A DNA stretch of 34,300 bases from an uncultured Gammaproteobacteria bacterium. GTDB taxonomy: Bacteria > Patescibacteriota > Patescibacteriia > UBA2591 > CAZVCF01. The translations under genes and the position numbers were made by a program. Within the stretch, counting starts at the first letter, position 1. The number at the start of each line of letters is the position of its first letter. A model generated the notes under the pieces. The model was not told where the DNA came from, did no database searches, and worked only from the letters and a program-made list of their open reading frames with translations. Location: positions 26,936 through 61,235 of the forward strand of contig CAZVCF010000001.1 of the NCBI GenBank assembly GCA_964626355.1. Reading direction: 5' to 3'. Shown here piece by piece: positions 1 through 6,139 of this stretch.

Positions 1-30
1 TCATTTTACATTTTGATTTTTTAATTTTCA
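1..30. repeat. Partial arm of the AT-rich 'cattttgatttt / aaaatgNaaaatgacaat' inverted-repeat family, cut by the window edge
   Basis: tcattttacattttgatttttta resembles the right-hand arms at 2343-2379, 4600-4632, 6072-6106 and 17440-17473. It lies directly 3' of the stop of the 311-aa gene. Confidence 0.6.
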
Positions 31-36
31 ATTTCT

Positions 37-972
37 TTATTGTCCTGTCGCCGCGCCCACTCCACACTTAATCGGATGCGTTGCGCAATAACCGACGACG
101 AAAATAATAATAAAAAAAATTAAGAGAATGCCCATAATAATCGCCATCCCAACGCAATACACAATCATCTCGGACAGCATCCCCATCATTTTAATTTTTA
201 ACCCTGGCGGTTCTGTTTGTGAAAGCGCTGGAAATAATTTTGATTTGAAACCGACTAAATTGCCAACGAGAAAACAGAGCGTCAGATAGAGCCATCCCCA
301 TATAAAAAACATTGCCCACGCCTGTTTTTTGATTTGATCACCGATTATTTTTGTAGCTTGTTCCTGCGGTTTCTGCTGATCTCCTTGCGCTTGCGTTGTT
401 TGTTTTCCTTCTTGCTTCTCCCCTTCTTTCTTTTCTCCTTTCGCTTCGCCACCACCTTTCTGTTTTCCTCCTTTATCGCCGTTTTCTTCGTCTTCACTTT
501 CGCTTTCTTCCTGACTCTCGCTTGATTCCTCTTCTTCTCCCTCTTCTTCCGCGCTTGTGTCGCGCGCTTCTTTCTTTTGCCCATACAATTGTTCATAAGT
601 TTCTCCGACTCCTTGCGCGTCCTGACCTTCTTCAAATCGTTGAAATTTCTCAAACGAACTTTCCTGTTTCGCCTCTCCTTCATCTTCATTTGTTTTAACG
701 CGCATTTGCATCTCCGGCAACTGACTCGCTTTAATCTCTTCTATCCCTTTAATTATAGGTTGTTTTTGTCTTTCTACCAAACGTTGCCGCGCTTTCATTT
801 TTTCACGCTCTAATGTTTCAAAAATCTGTTGTTCGTCATCAGACGGAACTTCGATAACATTTTTGTCGTTCATATTCTCGCTCCCCGCATCAATCGGTAA
901 ATCTTCTATAGACTTTCGATTCAAAGGCGACACGCCGTCTTTTGCTTTTTCTTTGTCTTGTTTTTCATCCAT
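37..972 (-). CDS. Hypothetical membrane protein with an acidic/lysine-rich low-complexity N-terminal region and a C-terminal 3-TM anchor; last visible gene of the T4SS-like operon
   Basis: ATG at 972, 311 aa. The N-terminal part includes EEEGEEEESSESQEESESEDEE and GEKKEGEKQEGK tracts. The C-terminal hydrophobic helices are AWAMFFIWGWLYLTLCFLVGNLVGF and MGMLSEMIVYCVGMAIIMGILLIFFIIIFVVGY. I recognise no family. Confidence 0.7.
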   Translation of the reverse strand: MDEKQDKEKAKDGVSPLNRKSIEDLPIDAGSENMNDKNVIEVPSDDEQQIFETLEREKMKARQRLVERQKQPIIKGIEEIKASQLPEMQMRVKTNEDEGEAKQESSFEKFQRFEEGQDAQGVGETYEQLYGQKKEARDTSAEEEGEEEESSESQEESESEDEENGDKGGKQKGGGEAKGEKKEGEKQEGKQTTQAQGDQQKPQEQATKIIGDQIKKQAWAMFFIWGWLYLTLCFLVGNLVGFKSKLFPALSQTEPPGLKIKMMGMLSEMIVYCVGMAIIMGILLIFFIIIFVVGYCATHPIKCGVGAATGQ

Positions 973-1006
973 TGCGTAAAATTATTTATCTGGTATCATA
1001 ACTTCG

Positions 1007-1090
1007 CCGTTGGGACGGAGCAGTTCGAGATCTCCTTAGTCAGGGAGGATTTCCGGGGTGCAACTCCCCGCGTCTCCACGGTGTTTTTTA
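1007..1090. other. Candidate structured RNA/DNA element (multi-stem junction closed by an 11-pair stem)
   Basis: 1007-1017 (ccgttgggacg) pairs with 1071-1081 (cgtctccacgg) with one mismatch and one G-U. Internal hairpins are ggag(1017-1020)/ctcc(1032-1035) and cgggg(1054-1058)/ccccg(1066-1070) with the 7-nt loop tgcaact. tgttttttа-like T-run follows on the + strand (tgtttttta at 1082-1090). It does not fit a canonical tRNA. Confidence 0.3.
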
Positions 1091-1104
1091 TCCACAGGCT
1101 GCTA

Positions 1105-1132
1105 TTGACAAAATAAATACTTATAGTATCAT
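1105..1132 (+). promoter_or_regulatory. Sigma70-like promoter candidate (TTGACA-16 nt-TATCAT), antisense to the operon
   Basis: ttgaca lies at 1105-1110 and tatcat at 1127-1132. It sits ~50 nt upstream of a + strand hairpin and intrinsic terminator. Confidence 0.35.
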
Positions 1133-1138
1133 TAAATT

Positions 1139-1210
1139 ATCCTGACTAAGGAAATCGAATTGCTTCGAGATTTCCAAAGGACCGCCCAAAAGGCGGTTTC
1201 TTTGTTTTAC
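1139..1210 (+). ncRNA. Candidate ~70-nt small RNA (promoter, stem-loop, rho-independent terminator)
   Basis: A 7-bp stem-loop joins ggaaatc (1150-1156) and gatttcc (1169-1175). It is followed by a terminator hairpin at 1181-1197 plus ttctttgtttt. No ORF is present. The call rests on sequence architecture only. Confidence 0.3.
1181..1210 (+). terminator. Intrinsic terminator-like hairpin with a T-tract, oriented for the + strand
   Basis: accgcc (1181-1186), loop caaaa, ggcggt (1192-1197), then ttctttgtttt. On the minus strand the trailing sequence is not T-rich. Confidence 0.5.
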
Positions 1211-1354
1211 AATTCACTTTGAATAACGAAATTCTGTCGAGGCATATGTCTTTTTGAACCATTGCGAGCGCGACTGGCGCGAGCACGAGGAATTTTTCAG
1301 CAGAAAAATATCCGTGTTCAAAAAGACGTATGCCGAGAGAAGGAATTTTGTTAT

Positions 1355-1927
1355 TCAAAATACTTCACCCTCTTGTATCGCGTCTGCCAACCACTTCCCC
1401 TCTATTTTTTTCAAAAGAACCGTTATTTTTTTATAGGATTCAGTTTTTCCGCTTGCGCTTTCTTCGGTAAGTCGAACAATCGCTATTGTAGACGCCGTTT
1501 CATTGTCGCTCATCTCAATTTGCAACGATACAACTTCGCCAAGTGAACTCATAAACCCTTGCGACGATTTGAGCGCAATAATTTTTTCTTCAAGCACATT
1601 TCTCATCTGTGCTGTCGCGCTCTCCTTCAATAATTTAAAATTCAATCCTTGATTATCGCTTGAATAACTATACCATCGTTCAATAAAACTGCGCGCCACA
1701 AGTTTCGCGGCGTCTTCCGTGGAATACTGCTGTTCCTGTTTCTTACGAACAAGCTTCGTTTGTCTTTGCGGCTGATTCGCCGTGATAATCGGCACATCTT
1801 TTTTTCCGCTTATCGCTGGAATTTCAACTTTTTTAGGCAAAAGAAAAAACCAAACGATCCATGCAATAAGGCCTATTGCAATAATAACGCCTATTGTCTT
1901 AATAATATTTTTAATTGAGCTATCCAC
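1355..1927 (-). CDS. Bitopic membrane protein with a probable NTF2-like ectodomain; VirB8/PrgL/TcpC-class candidate
   Basis: GTG start at 1927, 190 aa. The N-terminal TM is IIKTIGVIIAIGLIAWIVWFFLL. A ~130-aa alpha+beta domain follows, ending in the beta-rich IAIVRLTEESASGKTESYKKITVLLKKIEGKWLADAI. The architecture and its position next to VirB4 fit VirB8-like proteins. The family call is inference. Confidence 0.4.
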   Translation of the reverse strand: MDSSIKNIIKTIGVIIAIGLIAWIVWFFLLPKKVEIPAISGKKDVPIITANQPQRQTKLVRKKQEQQYSTEDAAKLVARSFIERWYSYSSDNQGLNFKLLKESATAQMRNVLEEKIIALKSSQGFMSSLGEVVSLQIEMSDNETASTIAIVRLTEESASGKTESYKKITVLLKKIEGKWLADAIQEGEVF

Positions 1928-1936
1928 ATTTTAATT

Positions 1937-2379
1937 CAAAATGTAAATATCAAAGTGAAAAATGACAATTTAAAATGGTAAAATTATTTTTTGCCTTTTA
2001 AAGTGAGAATGCTGGACGCAAGAACATTGGCGATCTCTATCAATTCTTTAAGCAACCATCCTAACTCAATACGATCACCCTTATTGGTATCTCGCAATAA
2101 GGTTATCCACATCTTAGATTCGTTCGATGATTTCAAAGCATGAGTAAAAAAGTTGATAAAGTCCTTTTTGGAACTTGCCGAATTGGCTTCAATATAATTA
2201 GCAAGAATACTTGTGCCACTTCTTAAAAGCTGTTTCCCGATTACTACGCAAACTGAATCTTTTGGCAATGCATCAATAAATTTTATCAGCCGAAGGACCC
2301 AATAATAAAGTCTTTTCTTGAATTCATTTTTAAATTTTGCATTGTCATTTTCCATTTTGATTTTTTAACTTTACATTTT
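1937..2379 (-). mobile_element. IVS-like inverted-repeat element carrying an intact four-helix-bundle gene (element A)
   Basis: The left arm at 1937-1976 is aaaatgtaaatatcaaagtgaaaaatgacaatttaaaatg. It is an imperfect reverse complement of the right arm at 2333-2379 (aaattttgcattgtcattttccattttgattttttaactttacatttt). The start codon of the enclosed gene lies inside the right arm. Confidence 0.6.
1984..2355 (-). CDS. Four-helix-bundle protein (23S rRNA intervening-sequence protein family, PF05635/TIGR02436; Avd-related superfamily)
   Basis: ATG at 2355, 123 aa. The diagnostic core is GKQLLRSGTSILANYIEANSASSKKDFINFFTHALKSSNESKMWITLL. Confidence 0.9.
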   Translation of the reverse strand: MENDNAKFKNEFKKRLYYWVLRLIKFIDALPKDSVCVVIGKQLLRSGTSILANYIEANSASSKKDFINFFTHALKSSNESKMWITLLRDTNKGDRIELGWLLKELIEIANVLASSILTLKGKK

Positions 2380-2440
2380 TTCATATTCCACATTCTAAAT
2401 TCAATATTCTATTTAACTCTTCACTATTCGTTATTCACTA

Positions 2441-4261
2441 TTAACTTTTCACTCCTTTTTGTTGCTCCTTCAGATGTTCCGCGAATTCTTTTTTCGCTTC
2501 TTCAACTTCCAAAAGCTGGCGAGGGTCCGTGGTAATTAACTGATCTTCCGCGTACGATGCCACCACGCGAATCGCCGCGTGTTTCGCGCCAGCGAAAAAT
2601 ATCCCTTCTCCAACACCACACTCCAAGAGCAAGAATCGCTCTCCTTCAGTAAGCATAAAGGTCTTTGCCACGCCATCGATCGCGGCGACGGATTGTTTCA
2701 ATAACATCTGCATCGCGCAATTCGTCACGATCGCGCGGCCATACGGATTATTCAAAAAGTCCTGCACGTCTTGTGTAATTGTCGTCACGCCTAAATAATA
2801 TTTTCTGCATCGTTTCACGAGCGCGAAAATAAATTTCGCGGATTCTTCGTATTGCATCAGCCACCATGCCTCATCAATCACTAAAATTCTTCTTTTTGTT
2901 TCTTGGCGCACCACGGTCCAAATGTAATTAACGATGGTATAAATCGCGACCGGACGCAACTCATCTTCCAAATCTCGCACGCTGAAAACAACTAATTGAT
3001 TCGCCATTTTTACATTTGTCGAATTATTGAGCAATCCGCCAAAAGTTCCTTTTGTGTATTTTGATAACCGCTCCATTAACGTTAGCCCGCCTTCCATTCC
3101 TGCAAGCACTTCTTCAAGATCGGACAATGTCGGCATCGTGACGTTTGTTAAATCAACGCCAGGCCCGATATCATGTTTCGCGTATGCTTCCAACAGCGCC
3201 CGATCAAGCAACGAATCTTCCATTGGCGTGAATTGCGGCACACCGCGCTCGTCCTTAACGCCAATCATTAATTTTAATAATCCTTTGAGTGTAATAACTG
3301 CTGAACGCACTACATCTTCAACTTTTATTTCTTTACTTTTCGTTCGTGGCAAATCAAACGGATTAATCTTACTTTCGGACGCAAGCGACACATTCACATA
3401 GGTTCCGCCGACCGCGTCGCATAAATGTTTATATTCTTTTTCCGGATCGATAACGATTACATCAGCGCCGAACATCAAGCTTCTCAAAATTTCGAGTTTT
3501 ACCGTATAACTTTTCCCCGCTCCGGAAGTCGCGAACACCACCATATTGCCATTCGGCATACTGAACCGATCAAAAATCACTAGACTGTTGTTGTGGCGAT
3601 TAATACCATATAAAATCCCTTCGTTCGAACTTAAATCAGCTGAAATAAATGGAAACGACGACGCGCACGGCGACGAATTAAGATTTGACGTGATGAATAA
3701 TTCATCTTTCGCAAACGGCAAGGCGGAAATAAATCCCTGTTCCGATTGATAGAGCGATCGGCGCGTATAAATTAATTTTGACGCGAACAATGATTCAACT
3801 TGATCAGTTACTGATTCAAGCTCTTTAAGCGAGTTTGCGTACGTGGTTACATATAACGCGAACTGAAAAAAATGTTCAACGCCAGTTGTTAAATCGTCGC
3901 GCAGTTTTTCGATATCACGCAACGCTGTTTCCTTTACCGGATCGCGCGGCATACTTTTTTCCTGATCTTCTGATATTTCAGCTTCAAGCGATCCAACACG
4001 ACGCTGTAATTGTTTCAAGACTACGGCCGCTTTTACCGGATAAAAATACATTGCAATATCAAGCTGATTACTAAAGTTAATCGCTGGCGCGAGCCATCCG
4101 ATGCCGATATAGCGCGGATACGCGGACACGAAAATTGTTCGCAAAAATTTACCGTCAAGTTCAATATACTGCGGTGTCACGCGCATCGCGCTCGGCGCGA
4201 TAATGTCATGTAAAGACGCGATTCCTTTTCGATATTTTTCCTCTGTGCTAATAACTTCCAT
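2441..4261 (-). CDS. virB4: VirB4/TrsE/TraE-family T4SS ATPase, C-terminal ~3/4 (middle domain plus P-loop NTPase)
   Basis: Walker A is FATSGAGKSYTVK (TSGAGKS = 3509-3529). Walker B is ILVIDEAW (2864-2887). The upstream conserved block is IIAPSAMRVTPQYIELDGKFLRTIFVSAYPRYIGIGWL. The ORF-track start at 4387 is TTG inside a repeat arm. A GTG at 4360 or the ATG at 4261 are alternatives, and I chose the ATG. Confidence 0.9.
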   Translation of the reverse strand: MEVISTEEKYRKGIASLHDIIAPSAMRVTPQYIELDGKFLRTIFVSAYPRYIGIGWLAPAINFSNQLDIAMYFYPVKAAVVLKQLQRRVGSLEAEISEDQEKSMPRDPVKETALRDIEKLRDDLTTGVEHFFQFALYVTTYANSLKELESVTDQVESLFASKLIYTRRSLYQSEQGFISALPFAKDELFITSNLNSSPCASSFPFISADLSSNEGILYGINRHNNSLVIFDRFSMPNGNMVVFATSGAGKSYTVKLEILRSLMFGADVIVIDPEKEYKHLCDAVGGTYVNVSLASESKINPFDLPRTKSKEIKVEDVVRSAVITLKGLLKLMIGVKDERGVPQFTPMEDSLLDRALLEAYAKHDIGPGVDLTNVTMPTLSDLEEVLAGMEGGLTLMERLSKYTKGTFGGLLNNSTNVKMANQLVVFSVRDLEDELRPVAIYTIVNYIWTVVRQETKRRILVIDEAWWLMQYEESAKFIFALVKRCRKYYLGVTTITQDVQDFLNNPYGRAIVTNCAMQMLLKQSVAAIDGVAKTFMLTEGERFLLLECGVGEGIFFAGAKHAAIRVVASYAEDQLITTDPRQLLEVEEAKKEFAEHLKEQQKGVKS

Positions 4262-4422
4262 TTGCGCGGATTCGGTCAACGCTTCCTTTTTCGGAGCTTC
4301 CGCTTCTTTTTTCTTTTGCGCCGCCTCTGCGCTCGCGAGTTGTGAAGGGTCGATAGCCACGTTCCAAATTAAAAATGTAAATATCAAAATGTAAAATATC
4401 TCCGATATATCCTCGTTCGTTC

Positions 4423-4450
4423 GGAAAGATAAAACATTTTTTATCTTTCC
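4423..4450. repeat. Perfect 12-bp stem / 4-nt loop hairpin inside the nested insert of element B
   Basis: ggaaagataaaa catt ttttatctttcc, verified base by base. Confidence 0.85.
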
Positions 4451-4486
4451 TCTCTTACTTCGGATATGACAATCTAAAATGATAAA

Positions 4487-4612
4487 ATTATTTTTGCCTT
4501 TACCAATAAGAATAATTGAAGCTATTTTTTAATAAACTCAATTAACCACAAAATTATATCATACGGTCTTTCTTAAATTCATTTTTAAATTTTGATTTGT
4601 CATTTTGATTTT
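4487..4612 (-). pseudogene. Internally deleted four-helix-bundle gene remnant
   Basis: The reverse complement of 4570-4612 (atgacaaatcaaaatttaaaaatgaatttaagaaagac) matches the 5' end of the intact gene (atggaaaatgacaatgcaaaatttaaaaatgaattcaagaaaagac). The reverse complement of 4487-4521 encodes ASIILIGKGKN*, against ASSILTLKGKK* in the intact copy. About 290 bp of the middle is missing. Confidence 0.7.
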
Positions 4613-4636
4613 TGATTTTTGCATTTTGAATTATTT

Positions 4637-5287
4637 CTATTCCATCCTCACTTTCTCTGCGTCTTCTAATTTTTGCGTATTCGCGATGACCGGATTAAAA
4701 CTCTCATATGCCAGTTCAATAAGACTTTGCGTATCAAGCGCAACACCCTTAATCCCCATTGCGTTAAGTTGCGACATCACATAGTCAACGCGCTTATAGA
4801 GATCGTTGCGAAATTTTTCAAAACGCTCTTTACTGATGTGGATTAACTGCGCGGCGGAAAAAAGATCGCCTAATCGCGCAAAAAATCCACCGCTATATTT
4901 GCCGCTCCCGGGCGTATACGGCACGACGATATAAAATTTCTTCACCATAATATCGCCAAGCTCAACAAGCTCGCGGACAAAATCGCGATAATCCGCCATC
5001 TGTATCGCCAGAAGATCGTTCTTCATTTGTTCTTGCTTTTTTTTCATTTCCTCAAGATACGGTTCAATATATAACTTGCGCGACTGCACAACAATCTCAA
5101 TTGGAAAATCAACTGAATTAAGAAAACGCACATACGAACTGATAATCGCTTCCTGCTCCTCTTCTGATTTTAACGAAAAATTGATTGACGACACCATAAT
5201 TACCGCGCGCAAACTCCCGTCCCGCATGACCATGCAGTCGTTTTTTATTTCAGAAATCGGAATATATTTTTGAGTTGAAGAAGGCAT
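4637..5287 (-). CDS. virB4: VirB4 N-terminal domain encoded as a separate ORF (split VirB4)
   Basis: ATG at 5287, 216 aa. STQKYIPISEIKNDCMVMRDGSLRAVIMVSSINFSLKSEEEQEAIISSYVRFLNSVDFPIEIVVQS follows the pattern of the extreme N-terminus of Gram-positive VirB4 proteins (Tn916 Orf16 / TcpF / PrgJ class), as recalled from memory. Confidence 0.65.
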   Translation of the reverse strand: MPSSTQKYIPISEIKNDCMVMRDGSLRAVIMVSSINFSLKSEEEQEAIISSYVRFLNSVDFPIEIVVQSRKLYIEPYLEEMKKKQEQMKNDLLAIQMADYRDFVRELVELGDIMVKKFYIVVPYTPGSGKYSGGFFARLGDLFSAAQLIHISKERFEKFRNDLYKRVDYVMSQLNAMGIKGVALDTQSLIELAYESFNPVIANTQKLEDAEKVRME

Positions 5288-5292
5288 AAATC

Positions 5293-5326
5293 AACGAATA
5301 ACGAATCTAATACGAATTTACGAATA
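5293..5326. repeat. 'cgaataacgaat / cgaatttacgaat' simple-repeat module (intergenic copy)
   Basis: aacgaataacgaat (5293-5306) and cgaatttacgaat recur verbatim inside leuS at 23341-23373. Confidence 0.8.
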
Positions 5327-5439
5327 AAGAAAAAATAATTTTATTCTGGGACAGTCCTCAAAAAAAGATAAGGATTGGAGACAATTTTTGTTAAAGGTCA
5401 AATGTCAATGGTCAATTGTTTTTCTCTATTTTTGATTTT

Positions 5440-5868
5440 TTATTTTTGATCTTGTTCTTCGTACGCTCCGCCGGTGTCAACGACTAATGATAATTTTGAC
5501 AATCGCGAAGTAGTTAATTGCGGTCTTTGAGGTGTCTTGTCTTCTTTTTTTTCATTACTATCTTTTATCTTCAGCGATACGATATTGAAATGTTCTCTTT
5601 GCCATATGCGCAAATTCGGTCGTTTGAATGTTTCCGCCATATTCAATAAAAAATAATGGAACGGCTTTCCGTTTACCTTGACAAACGCAAACAGAAGCGC
5701 GAGCGGTAGTATAAAAATACCTGATACGACGAAAAGAGTAAAATCTAAAATCTTATAATTCACAAAAAGAATGACAGCGGTCACGACCAAAATAATAAAT
5801 TGTCGCGGCGTTATTGGGCCGATAATTTTCGGTTCGATATTAATAAATTGCGGAACGATGAACTGCAC
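5440..5868 (-). CDS. PrgI-family / VirB3-like small membrane protein
   Basis: GTG start at 5868, 142 aa. The N-terminus MQFIVPQFINIEPKIIGPITPRQFIILV is followed by two TM helices (VVTAVILFVNYKIL, FVVSGIFILPLALLFAFV). It lies directly upstream of VirB4, as VirB3/PrgI genes do. Confidence 0.6.
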   Translation of the reverse strand: MQFIVPQFINIEPKIIGPITPRQFIILVVTAVILFVNYKILDFTLFVVSGIFILPLALLFAFVKVNGKPFHYFLLNMAETFKRPNLRIWQREHFNIVSLKIKDSNEKKEDKTPQRPQLTTSRLSKLSLVVDTGGAYEEQDQK

Positions 5869-5885
5869 GTTTCAAATTAAAAATT

Positions 5886-6106
5886 AAAAAATCAAAATGT
5901 AAAATTACAATCTAAAATGTTAAAATTATTATTTCCTATTTAAATTTTATAGATTTTGAAATAATTTTATAGAAAATCAAATAAAAATTTTACTTCTGAT
6001 TTCAGTCATTAAGAATCGATTGAAAATTTCAAAATTATTCCTTGCCTTAATTTATTTTTAAATTTTGCATTGTCATTTTGATTTTTGATATTTACATTTT
6101 ACATTT
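5886..6106 (-). mobile_element. Decayed IVS-like inverted-repeat element (element C)
   Basis: The left arm at 5886-5930 is aaaaaatcaaaatgtaaaattacaatctaaaatgttaaaattatt. The right arm at 6056-6106 is tttttaaattttgcattgtcattttgatttttgatatttacattttacattt. The right arm retains the gene-start-like atgacaatgcaaaatttaaaaat on the minus strand. Confidence 0.55.
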
Positions 6107-6139
6107 ATTCTATATTCCATATTCCAAATGCCGTTTTGA

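Larger units (their letters stand above)
4371..4632 (-). mobile_element. Decayed IVS-like inverted-repeat element (element B) filling the gap between the two VirB4 ORFs
   Basis: The left arm is at 4371-4399 and resumes at 4466-4490, interrupted by a nested ~68-nt insert. The right arm at 4581-4632 is atttttaaattttgatttgtcattttgatttttgatttttgcattttgaatt. The interior holds a four-helix-bundle gene remnant. Confidence 0.6.

Noticed and set aside
334-813. Overlapping ORFs (334-525 +, 345-689 -, 396-698 +, 577-813 +) inside the 311-aa gene
   Set aside because: They are alternative-frame readings of the GA/AG-rich low-complexity tract and give K/R-rich or L/F-rich nonsense. Only the 37-972 frame links to the C-terminal TM region.
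1007-1081. tRNA or tRNA-like gene
   Set aside because: The closing stem and a 5-bp stem with a 7-nt loop sit where acceptor and T arms would be. However, the T-loop (tgcaact) lacks the TTC motif. No proper D arm or 5-bp anticodon stem can be drawn, and the 1:72 position is mismatched.
1984-2355. The four-helix-bundle protein as the Avd subunit of a diversity-generating retroelement
   Set aside because: The family is related to DGR Avd, and CPR genomes are rich in DGRs. However, no reverse transcriptase ORF is present in the window, and I found no template/variable repeat pair with adenine-specific differences.
1937-6106. CRISPR array formed by the recurring aaaatgNaaaat-type sequences
   Set aside because: The copies occur as inverted pairs of variable sequence around genes or gene remnants. 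They are not identical direct repeats with regular unique spacers, and no cas genes are present.
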